Shown piece after piece: positions 19,377 to 30,816 of a stretch of DNA of 64,000 bases. The stretch comes from Eledone cirrhosa (lineage: Eukaryota), in NCBI GenBank assembly GCA_964016885.1, contig OZ024742.1, positions 211,482,001-211,546,000 on the forward strand, in the 5' to 3' direction. Made by a program: the position numbers and the translations under genes. A model generated the notes under the pieces. The model did no database searches. It saw nothing but the letters and a program-made list of their open reading frames with translations, and was not told where the DNA came from. Numbering within the stretch: the stretch's first letter is position 1; the number at the start of each line of letters is the position of its first letter.

Positions 19377-19532
19377 TACTGTACGTCTGTATATATGTAT
19401 ATATATATATATGTATGTACGTATACATACTTATATTTAAGTAACAGCCGTACTAAGAGGTGAGAAATGAAATTTGGTTTCATTCTTTCCATTTATCGTT
19501 TTCGGTGCGCCCGGCCGACTAACTCACTCGAT

Positions 19533-19580
19533 ATGCAAATTAGGCTGCTCAGCCGTTAATATGCATAAGGAAAGTATATA
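19533..19580 (+). promoter_or_regulatory. Putative octamer + TATA promoter (U6/H1-like spacing)
   Basis: ATGCAAAT at 19533-19540, 34 nt, TATATA at 19575 preceded by aaag; same arrangement at 35555-35507(-) and 63913-63959(+). Confidence 0.5.
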
Positions 19581-19604
19581 CTTTCAGACGTTCAATCATC
19601 TGGC

Positions 19605-19661
19605 AGGAAGGTATACGGTGCTGACGATAGCTAATAAGCTTGAAACTAGTACATCGTTCCT
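19605..19661 (+). ncRNA. Minimal type I hammerhead directly after the putative promoter
   Basis: acggtg-CTGACGA-t-agct-aata-agct-t-GAAA-ctag-TA-catcgt; stem I extendable with agga/tcct. Confidence 0.8.
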
Positions 19662-19711
19662 TTGTCAGTGTTGAATAAAAGAGCATCGCCTGGGAACTTA
19701 GCTGAGAACAG

Positions 19712-19794
19712 ACTCACTGATGACGAAAGGTTTTCTCCATGCGTTCCATTCGGAAACCATGTTTATTCCCTTTCAGAAACTAATTAGTTGGAGT
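19712..19794 (+). ncRNA. Type I hammerhead, 38-nt structured loop 2
   Basis: actca-CTGATGA-c-gaaagg[catg..ttcc-attc-ggaa..catg]cctttc-a-GAAA-ctaattag-TT-ggagt. Confidence 0.75.
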
Positions 19795-20237
19795 GAAATT
19801 TTAGTAAGTTAATTTTAATAATTTTCTTATTTTACGTCTTTCATATAATTGTTCTGCATCCCCTTGCATTGAACCACAAAGTTACTAAGACAAAACCTAT
19901 ATATTTGCTAGCATAGGTATGCATCTGTATATATATGTTAGTAGATATACTAATTCTTTATAATTATCTCCAAATTATTTTGTTGAGCAAAAATTTAGCA
20001 AAACTGCTACTACAGTTCATAGTAATGGTTCGGCTACTGTCTTTTTATCACCCCACTCCTCACTGATTAACCTCGCTGTCACGTGATTGATTCTTTTGAA
20101 TTTGCCACCGACCAAGTAGGCAGTGATCTTTTCAATGTCTTGGAATTTAGTCCACGCTTGCTTTTTTCCATCCACTGAATTATTTTTGTATAAGTTCCAT
20201 GTGTCCACGCATCGCCTGGGAACTTAGCTGAGAACAG

Positions 20238-20320
20238 ACTTCCTGATGACGAAAGGTTTTCTCCATGCGTTCCATTCGGAAACCATGTTTATTCCCTTTC
20301 AGAAACTAATTAGTTGGAGT
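20238..20320 (+). ncRNA. Type I hammerhead (direct-repeat copy, period 526 nt)
   Basis: Within direct repeat 19683-19846 / 20209-20372; stem I acttc/ggagt fully paired. Confidence 0.8.
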
Positions 20321-20364
20321 GAAATTTTAGTAAGTTAATTTTTATAATTTTCTTATTTTACGTC

Positions 20365-20452
<88 letters not shown>

Positions 20453-20956
20453 ATATATATAAAGAGAGAGAGAAAGAGAGAAGATATAGAGAGGGAGAAA
20501 GTGTGTGTGTGTGTGTGTGTGCGTGTGTATGTGTGTGTGTGGGGGGGGGGGGCATATATATATATATATATGAATTTGTTTTTCAAAAATAATAACAATA
20601 CGAACGGCAATAATAATAAGAACGAAACTGGTAATATAAACAACAACAATAAGAACTTCGGCTAGAGAGATAACGACTATAATACTAACAGTGGTCATAA
20701 CAATAACAACAACAATGACAGCAGGAGAGATAGAAATAATGATTATAGAAATAGCAGGAACAACAATAGAGAGAACAACAACAACAACAACTATAATAAC
20801 ACCAATAGACATAACAACAATACATGTAACAACCACAATGGTAGAAATAGCAGTAATAACGATAACAGTAGGGAAAACAACAACAACAACTATAATAGTA
20901 ACAATAATAGTAGTACACACAACTATAACGGTAGATTTAATGACAACCCCTTAGAG

Positions 20957-21914
20957 CAGTGGTCGCCAACCTTTCTAAAACCGAGGAACCCTCTAAATAT
21001 TTTGAATTCTTCGCGGAACCTATACAATACAAAACTTTTCAAAAAAAAAGTATTTATTTATTTTAGTGAACTTACGTTGTGAGAACAGCGAACTGACCCA
21101 GTCTCTCGGCTGAGAGACCTCGCTGAACTGAAGTTTTCAGTTTAAAGTTATGCTGTCACCGACCAACATTTACTTGTTTGTGATTGGTCAATTTCTAAGT
21201 TCAATTAGTGTATTATCAGTAGTAGTCAAATTCTCGGAATTCAGAAAACTATGTCTTTCCAAGAATAATAATAATGAAATTATTGTGTAAAGTGCTCAGG
21301 TGCACTACAACTTGTCAAAGGTGTATGTACAGTACATAAAATAATACACAAATGTCATGGAAGTGAATAGTGTATGAGTCATGGTATACATGTGTGTATG
21401 TGTATGGAGGGGGAACATTAGGTGTAGTGTTGGCGGATCTCGGGAAGCATGGAGGCCTTAAAGGATGCAGTGTCTCAACAGCTAACAACCGATGCAGGCA
21501 GTTTGTTCCATGCTTCAGCAACTCTGAGCGTGAAAAAATGTTTCCGAAAGTCATGGGAACTGTGCTGTATTCTGACTTTGTGGGCATGCCCACGTGTGTT
21601 AGACACATGGAAATCAAATGATGTGAATTGTTGTGAAATTGAAAGTATTCAATTTCCACGAATCTCAGAACAGTGTTTTTCTGCTAATTCAAGTGAGAAA
21701 CTGAAAGTAGTGTTTTCCACGAATTGGAGTGGAGAACCTGTGTACACTACAATAGTACTCGTTCATTTATATATTGCACTTTTGTCATTTTCTTTGCACC
21801 TTTTTCAGAAAACCCAAAATATTAATGGTAATGTAAATATTTATTTTTTTAAGGAACCCGGAGTTTGTTTTACGGAACCCCAATGTTCCGCGGAACCCAT
21901 GTTGGCGACCACTG
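20957..21914. mobile_element. hAT-family MITE inserted in the PLE ORF
   Basis: 14-bp perfect TIRs cagtggtcgccaac/gttggcgaccactg; 8-bp TSD ccttagag (20949-20956, 21915-21922); subterminal ggaacc repeats. Confidence 0.9.
21263..21621 (-). mobile_element. CR1-type LINE 3' fragment nested in the MITE
   Basis: TRGHAHKVR..DFRKHFFTLRVAEAWNKLPASVV; (att)n tail; copy at 50575-50975. Confidence 0.85.
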
Positions 21915-24402
21915 CCTTAGAGAACCTGTTCTTCAACCCAGCTGACAAAACATACAAGGTGAACAAAATTTACCCCACTAATTACCCTTTAATAAAAGAG
22001 ACTGTATACTACAACAAATAGATGACCAAACAGAGGCACAGTTTACCATAGCTAGAAATAAACTTAGACAGTTAGTAGAACAATATACGAGGAGACAAAA
22101 CAGAGCAGAGCTTCAATAACTTGGAAGAAAACCTGCAGAAGGCCTACTTAGCCTCATGCAGCACACAAGGGATGGTGAGGTGATGTGTCTACCTACAGAC
22201 AAATCCAGTAGGATGTCAATAGACAGCATGCCAAACTACATCAAAGCTATGCAACCCCACATCATCAACACGGGCGAAACAACACCACACACACGAGGAA
22301 AGAGAAAAAATCCTCAACACTCACATGATGGTGTGGCCCGACATCCTAAAACCAAGTAGACGCACAGCCAATAATTTCCACGCCTCTAACAATGACATAC
22401 CATCCCTGTATGGGCTCCGCAAAGACCATAAAACAACTAACGACCCTGTATAACAAGGCCTGTATGTGAAGGCAATATTGGTAGCAACTACAGGATCTCC
22501 TACTTCCTCTCTATGATTGTACGCCCCATAATTAAGATGTCCCCAGATGTATGTGGCAGCACAGAGGACGTCTTCAACAGAGTCATTTACTGCAACAATA
22601 ACGAAGACTTAACTAACTGCATAATAGGCAGTATGGATATAGTATCTCTGTACCCATCCATTGGCATTGATTTTGTTGTGGAAAAATGTGTGGAAATTAT
22701 CAGTGAGGGTGAGGTAGAGTTCTATGATGTTGACAAAGATGAACTGAGCCTCCTACTTAGACTTACATGTGATAGTGAATACTTAAATAATTATGACTTC
22801 GTAGTTTCTGCCCCAGTAGACCAATAACAGGTAGACACCTCACCATAACTTCAATGGCTAAAAAGACTCCCATAGGAAGATGGAATGTGTGGACCAAAGC
22901 CATACAGACACCCAAGAACAATGATCAGGTGAGAAAAATGATCGCACATGCGGTAGGGGCTAATATTAAAACTACCCTAAAGGGCTACATGTTTAAATTT
23001 AATGAGAAAATTTACACCCAGGATGAGGGAGTGGCCATTGGCGTCAGCATAGCTGACAATGTTGCCAACCTATTTATGGTATGGTGGGAAAGGAGACTCA
23101 GAGGATTCCTAGAAGAGAACTCCATTGCCATCGTCATGTACTCTCATTACGTAGATGATATCAATATAGTAATAAAAACAACCCCACAAGAGAGTACCAA
23201 TAAACCTAAATTAGAAACTAACACAATGGAGAGTATCCAGCAGATAGCTAATTCCATACACCAAAGCATGACGTTAACTACCGACTACCCTTCCAAACAC
23301 CCTAACAATAGACTACCAGTATTAGACACGGAACTCTGGTTAAACACAATAAATGAGAAAACACAAATTCTTCACTTACATTATGCTAAACCCATGGCCT
23401 CCAAATACCTTATACACAAAAACTGAGCGATGTCCAATAGTGCTAAGTTTGATATTCTGATCGCAGACTTGGTAAGAGTAATGAAGAATGTGTCCCGCAT
23501 GCGCGATCCAACTGAACTGGAAAGACATATACAACAGTTCACCAATCGCATGCAGTTCTCTGGCTACAACCAAAGAGACAGAATCAGGGTGTCTAAAGGA
23601 GCCACGGAGAAACATAAGACGCTCCTAGAGATGGACATGAGAGGGGTTTGCCCATTGTACAGGAGCAAATCATGGTATAGCATAGATAGAACTAAACATA
23701 AGATAGGGAAAGCTACTCCATGGTACGACAACCAGAGATACCAGAGTGTCATGTTCGTGGATGCTACCCCTGGAGGGAAACTAGCTAACCAATGTAGAAA
23801 GGTCATAAGAAAGACCCATCTAAAGATTAAAGTGGTAGAAAAGCCAGGAACTACCATAAAATCCCTGATCAGCAAAACTTACCCCTTCAAGAAAACCCAC
23901 TGTACGAATAAGAAATGTGTTATATGTAGAATGAACCCTCAAATGAATTGTAAAACAAGAAATGTAATCTATAGCATAAGATGCACAGAGAGTACTTGCA
24001 GAAACATAACAACGACATACATAGGTGATACAGCTCGGAGCATAGGCGGGGGAATCGACTAATACGGATGGGGGGGGGGGGGCTAGCTAAAAAGACAAAA
24101 AGAAGTTTCAGTACTATATGACCACGCCAGACAAAGTCATGACGGTAATATAGACAACATAGAAATTAAAATAATATCTAAACATAGAAATGACTCAACA
24201 GGTAGACAAATCAGAGAAGCAACTGATAAATGTAAAGAAATATACAAAGGTACAATAACAATAAACACAGACTAGTGAGCAAAGATAGAATACAAACACA
24301 CACCAAAGAGAAAACACATAAACGCATGCGCAAACAGAAACAAGAATGAATAAATAAATAATAAAATAGACATTACAATACAACGGGAGGAAACATAATA
24401 GT

Positions 24403-24444
24403 GCCACTGATGATGTCACAGGTGTGTGATGAAAGAAATTTGAT
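24403..24444 (+). ncRNA. Hammerhead motif in the PLE 3' pLTR (stem III degenerate)
   Basis: gcca-CTGATGA-t-gtcaca-ggtg-tgtgat-GAAA-gaaa-TT-tgat; near-identical at 49156-49197. Confidence 0.6.
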
Positions 24445-24469
24445 AGACTATCTGTATATATATATAATT

Positions 24470-26110
24470 AAGTATGTGCGTGTGTGTGTCTGTGTATTAC
24501 CTATAGGGGCCTATATCTTACGACCGATTTTCATGAAACTTTACAGGCTCATAGATTAGTCATCGGGGAGTGTTTTCTATATATCAGGGTATCGTTTTTT
24601 TTATTCCGGGGTCATTAAATATTCAAAAATAAGTCAACCAAATACACGAAATCTTAGTTAAAACAAATTAAAGGGAAGTAAATCTTGATACCTAAGAAGC
24701 AGGACAGAAGGAATTATTTTCCGTTGATAGTTACTCTAATCGGTTCTTGGTCGCTCTACCAGCTAAAAATACATTGAACAAAATATTTAAGTAAAATCAT
24801 CTTAAGAAACACCAACACCATTCTATCATGAGACACTACTAATGAAAAAGAACGAATGTAGGAGAAATCGTCAATCCATATAAACTTTCACCGTTAACTC
24901 AGCAGACGACATCACTTAATATCTACACTCCTACATCGATCTGTATGTTAATTCTCTCTCTCTCTCTATTATATATATATAATCTTTCTCTCTATTTTAT
25001 ATATATCTGTATATATATAAAATTATATACAATTTCACTCAACATTTCGCCATTTGCTACACCTTACGACCGATTTTCAAGAAACTCGCCAGCTAGGTTT
25101 CTAGGATTCCGGGGAGATACATTCCAAGTTGCATATAGAGGTTTACATATACATAAACTAGACAGAGCTATAGATATATATATATGTTTTTGGCAACCAT
25201 TCACGGTGTGGCTCAATGACGAATTAATTAATTAAATAATCAACAATCAGAGCAATATATCTTGTTTGAGGGAGATTTGTTTTCTATTTTTTTTAGGTAC
25301 ACCAACAGTTATAGTGGCTTCCATGACATACATACACACACATGCATGTGTGTGAAAGGCTGTTCGCTGTGATTTGAAATGGATTTTGCTAATATTTCTA
25401 GTAGATCGAAGTGTCATATACAACCTTTCCTTTTTGCTTCATATATATATACATACATGAGACAGTGGACTGGGATATACATGTCTCAAGCCTAAGTACG
25501 GTGATAAACACACACACACACTTGTCTCTAATTTAAGAACGCCGAGACACACACGTTCACATACACTCAGAGTCTCATTCTGACTTTTCTGAAAGAGAGA
25601 GAGAAAGAGAAGTAACGTTAAGAAAGGGGTTAGTTGAGAAGTGTTTACACAGAATATATTTGCAAGACATGCAAACGTTTGGTAACAAATTCAAGTACTT
25701 AATTAAAACAATATGTATGCTAGAACATAGCGAACATTTGAAGATTTTATGATAAAATTAATGTAGATATAAAAATCTTCGATAGGTTTCTAGGGTTGCG
25801 GGGAGATACATTCCAAGTTGCATTATGTATATGCAAATCAGTGATGCATCATTTGGTGGAACGGGGATATCGTTTCGTCAACAGGTTTTAAGTTCCAGAT
25901 ATCCGATTCGTTCGGTCTCTAGGCAGCACTATGTCAATCTATCGTAGCAGTAAACTTGGTAGTGAGTCACGTGACCTTTCTCAACAAAGAGGAAGGTCAG
26001 TCGGCCGAACATTTGGCAAGCATATTCAAAGTGTGAACAAAGGATTTTTCACAGCCTCAAATAAGCTCTCAAATATACCAAGCGATTTTATGACCGACTT
26101 TGCTGAAAAT
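24470..26110 (-). mobile_element. Scattered Helentron/Helitron-like fragments
   Basis: Repeated acgaccgattttca(t/a)gaaact and aggtttctagg..ggggagatacattccaagttgcat motifs at ~24520, 25065 and 25785. Confidence 0.35.
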
Positions 26111-26539
26111 TAAAAAGGATGGCGTTGTCATCTAAAACCTGGTGTTTTGTGGGGCTGTTTACTTGTAAACAAACCGAATATTAATAATGTTATGATATTA
26201 TTATATTATTATCATTATTATGCATTTAGGTATCCACCATGTTAGAGGCAAAAACAAATTTTGTTTTTTAATCTTCAGCAAAGCCGGCTGTAAAATCGCT
26301 TGGTATGCAAATGAGGCTAATCAGCCTATGTATACATTTAAGAATACTATGTTTTCTCGGCAGTTCCAACGGGTAGCACAACGAGCAGAATACACAGTCT
26401 TGGCAAGGAGCAAGACACTCTAAAATAATTGTCAATTGTCGATTGTTTTCTCTCATCTACCGTTGGAATAAAAGGTTGATATTATCATCTACTACATGGT
26501 GTTTATGAGGCTGTCTACTTGTAAACAAACCGAATATTA

Positions 26540-26705
26540 ATACTTGTTTCTACTTTTTGCACAAGGACAGCAATTATCCCAGTACATTACTGGTGCTTTA
26601 TTTTATCGACCCCGTAAGAATGAAAGGCAAAGTTAACCTCGGTAGGACGTAAAGGCCACAAATCATGGCGTCTGACACTCTAATAATACTGTTAATCCAC
26701 CCACT
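26540..26705 (-). mobile_element. tRNA-derived SINE
   Basis: Same family as 12093-12625. Confidence 0.8.
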
Positions 26706-26767
26706 GAATATCAATAATGTTATGATATTATTATAATATTATTATTATTCACTCACGAATACATACA

Positions 26768-26804
<37 letters not shown>

Positions 26805-26812
<8 letters not shown>

Positions 26813-27897
26813 ATATTTGGGGAGGGTCATATTTGCGTAATATTGCCAGAATTAATAACAGAACACACTCACTGTTTGGTTGGTTTTCGCTTCTCGCTGT
26901 CTTTTATATATATATATCTGCGATCTAACTTACTCGGTCCTCAATGTTGCCATTGACTGACCGGCGGTCAAAAATAATACAGATACAATATAGACAAACA
27001 CATATATATATAGTTTACATAAATCTTTCGTTGCACATCTGCAACATCGTCAGTGGTGTTATATTCATTGTTCCTCCTGTTGTGTTGTATGTCTACGCCA
27101 TTTTTTTTTTTTGTTCAGTCTGTCTATATATTTATTTATTTATTTGCTTGTTTGTTTATCTTATTTTATTTTGTCTTCTTTGTGCATGCGTTTGCGTGTG
27201 TGTATAGTGTTATGTGTGATGTGTGATGTGTGACTAGTGTGTATAGTGTTGTCTGCTGGGTGACGACTAGTGTGTGTTTATGTGCTTGTGTATGTATTTA
27301 TTTATCTTATTTTATTTTATTTAATTTACTTATTTATTTATACTTCTCTTAGGTCAGAGAAGTATAAATAAATAAGTAAATTAAATTAAATAAAATAAGA
27401 TAAATAAATACATACACAAGCACATAAACACACACTAGTCACCCAGCAGACAACACTATACACACTAGTCACACATCACACATCACACATAACACTATAC
27501 ACACACGCAAACGCATGCACAAAGAAGACAAAATAAAATAAGATAAACAAACAAGCAAATAAATAAATAAATATATAGACAGACTGAACAAAAAAAAAAA
27601 ATGGCGTAGACATACAACACAACAGGAGGAACAATGAATATAACACCACTGACGATGTTGCAGATGTGCAACGAAAGATTTATGTAAACTATATATATAT
27701 GTGTTTGTCTATATTGTATCTGTATTATTTTTGACCGCCGGTCAGTCAATGGCAACATTGAGGACCGAGTAAGTTAGATCGCAGATATATATATATAAAA
27801 GACAGCGAGAAGCGAAAACCAACCAAACAGTGAGTGTGTTCTGTTATTAATTCTGGCAATATTACGCAAATATGACCCTCCCCAAATATAACAATAT
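26805..27897. repeat. Near-perfect palindrome of two inverted PLE pLTRs (~545-bp arms, 6-nt spacer taggtc)
   Basis: Arms 26805-27349 and 27356-27897; identical pseudo-ORFs on opposite strands; HHR motif in each arm. Confidence 0.95.
27646..27685 (+). ncRNA. Hammerhead motif (mirror copy at 27017-27056, minus)
   Basis: CTGACGA-t-gttgca-gatg-tgcaac-GAAA-gatt-TA; stem I weak. Confidence 0.55.
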
Positions 27898-27935
27898 CTG
27901 TTTCGACACACGATTTCATATAAAAAACCTCGCAA

Positions 27936-27996
<61 letters not shown>

Positions 27997-28854
27997 ACCG
28001 CTTCATGGATTACCCACACGCAGAAATTGACTTATAACCAATCCTCCAAAATCCTTGGAACTTACCAACTTTTCAACCATCCTCTTACGTCATCACCTAT
28101 ATAACTCACCCCCACACACACCCCAAACAAATTTTTTTCTCCACACGCCACCCACACCCACAACACGCTTTAACCCCACACACACGTGCTTCCCACCACA
28201 TATTTACACCCTCAGCCTCCTGATTCCCCCCCACCCCACCCCCCTATTCACACACGCACAGACACTCCGACCCACAAAAACACCCCCCACACACCTCTTC
28301 CTGAACATGCAACCCCGTTCTTCCCCCAACCCTTAATTTCACATACACACACACACACACACACACGCACACCTACACACACACACCACCTTCAGCCCTC
28401 CCCGCTCGGACACCCCGTCTCCCTCTCCACACTCCACCCGCCACCACCCCTACTCACCCCACACCCCTCCACCACCTGTTTACCCCCCTTTTAATTTCAG
28501 TTTATTTTGATCATGCCTTTATTTTTAAATTTTCTCATTCCTTGTATTTTGATCATGCTTTATTTTTATATTTTTTATCTTTTTTCGCTATATGTCTCTC
28601 CACCACTCCCCTACACACCTTTTGAACTCTGTTCCCACACACTTCTCACCCGAGGAAGGGCTTATGTCCGAAACGTCGTCCCCCTCCTACCCCCCACTCT
28701 CCTGAGCGTGAAATTAATAAACATTTATTGTACTGCCTCTCTGTTTTGTCCCTGTTCAAAAATTTGTTCATTATATATATATATATATATATCCCACTCT
28801 CAAGCGTGAACCTAATAACAACACTGATCGTACTGCACTCTTTGTTATTGTTTT

Positions 28855-28918
<64 letters not shown>

Positions 28919-28923
<5 letters not shown>

Positions 28924-29238
28924 CGTATTTAAGAAAGCCACAACAATGCAAAGGGAAAACTCGAGGTAGGAAATGAAATATAGATAGGAAAAAAAAAAAA
29001 CGACATCACAACTTTCTCCGCTTGGCCTGTTTCCCCCCTTTTGGAACTTTTCCCTCGTTGATGGGCGTGAGCCCGAAATATTGGGATTAAATCTCTACTA
29101 CGGTAACCCTTCTACCTTTGTTTTGTTTTCATCTTTGTCTCTCTCAATTTTCACTTTCACCTGTTTTTCCTATCTATATTTCACTTCCTACCTCGAGATT
29201 TCCCTTTGCATTGTTGTGGCTTTCTTAAATACGTATTT
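28919..29238 (+). mobile_element. pLTR-like fragment with ~75-bp inverted ends and a degenerate HHR (29051-29085)
   Basis: aaatacgtatttaagaaagccacaac..ataggaaaa inverted at 29165-29238; tccc-tcgttga-tgggc-gtga-gccc-GAAA-ta-TT-ggga. Confidence 0.55.
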
Positions 29239-29281
29239 TTACACATTTCACAATGCTTCAAGCAAACTTTAACACCCTCTT

Positions 29282-29320
<39 letters not shown>

Positions 29321-29649
29321 CGTTTTTGAATTTGTTTTGCTAGATTTCTTATCTGAAAACGTGTGTTAAAACAGATGTTGTTATACTTTGGGAGAGTCAT
29401 GCTGTCAATAAAAACACACGCACCTATTGGTTTTCACATCAATTTATTATAAAAACCTAGTCACTGAGGAGGTCATAGAATGTGTCATAAAAGAGCTTTG
29501 ACAATATATAAACAATCTTCCGGTTATTGAACCAACCAACCACCAGGAAATTTTTAATAAATCGAAGTGAAAATCAACAGGTGTGTGTGTTTTGATTGGC
29601 AACATGTACATGTGTATGTATATATATATATTATGTATATGTGTGTGTG

Positions 29650-29711
<62 letters not shown>

Positions 29712-29774
29712 CATATATATATATATACACATATATATATATATATATACAGTATATATATATATATATATGTG

Positions 29775-29893
<119 letters not shown>

Positions 29894-29941
29894 GTATGTA
29901 TATATATATATGTATGTATATATATAAGTATATATATAAGT

Positions 29942-30550
29942 GTCAGGTCACCAGTTGGTGCTACTGGTAACATGTATCCCAGTACAACCTGTCTCATGGT
30001 CGGGTCGTTGGCGACTAAACTGGCAACCCCAGCAAGGTTTCTTGGTGAGGAGGGTGGCTTTGGACATCCTGCAGGACTAAAAACAAAACCTGTCAAAAGG
30101 CAAAGAGGCTCTTAAGAGTCAATAGCCATCCAAAATCACCGGGAGAGATGACCCCTTAGCCTTTGTCAAGGCAGAATTCTAGGAGAAGGAAAACTCTGAT
30201 ATAACACCTGCAACCCTGATGGTATCCAATGATGTTGAATTGTTCTTCTTTTTGGTAAATATCATCTTGGTTAAGAGAGTGGGACTGGCTTTGTGCAGTG
30301 CCTTTGCTCACTATAAAAGCTTCACAGCACAGGCATTGCTTTATATCTGGAGATCTCTCTGCACTTGTCGTCACATGGTACCATGGGCCCAGCACTATGT
30401 GTCAATAATTGTCACAAGTGTAGTGTTTGTACCAGAGTTTTCAAGTCGCTGGCTGGACTAAAAAGTCACATTCGTTCAGCGCATTGGTAGGGGTTCTCCT
30501 ACATGGATATAAAGTAGTGGCCGTACTCGAAAACGAGTTGGCAGCCACCA
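29942..30550 (+). mobile_element. ~610-bp non-autonomous retroelement (RTE-derived, bipartite-like); copies at 57257-57866(-) and 63109-63692(-)
   Basis: Three near-identical copies with shared ends; 3' part encodes a C2H2 remnant [22 protein letters not shown] followed by a hairpin tail ctcgaaaacgag. Confidence 0.7.
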
Positions 30551-30596
30551 TATATATAAGTATATATATATGTATATATATAAGTATATATATATG

Positions 30597-30628
<32 letters not shown>

Positions 30629-30638
30629 TCTATACATA

Positions 30639-30681
<43 letters not shown>

Positions 30682-30696
30682 ATATATAAGTATATA

Positions 30697-30738
<42 letters not shown>

Positions 30739-30816
30739 TATGTATATATATATATATATATGTATGTATATATATAAGTATATATATATGTATATATATA
30801 TATATATGTATATATA

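Larger units (their letters stand above)
20575..24452 (+). mobile_element. Degraded near-full-length Penelope-like element (Neptune-like: RT, Cys linker, GIY-YIG, HHR pLTR)
   Basis: PTDKS; GSMDIVSLYPSI; YTQDEGVAIG; HYVDDI; LPVLDTELW; KPMAS; CTNKKCVIC..CKTRNVIY..YIGDTARS; several stops and frameshifts; Asn-rich N-terminal stretch. Confidence 0.92.

Noticed and set aside
23424-23426. In-frame TGA in the PLE RT as a possible selenocysteine
   Set aside because: The context HKN*AMS corresponds to the conserved H..SA motif (TCA>TGA), not a Cys site, and the element has other disabling mutations.
25831-25838. ATGCAAAT octamer
   Set aside because: No TATA at the family spacing and no downstream hammerhead.
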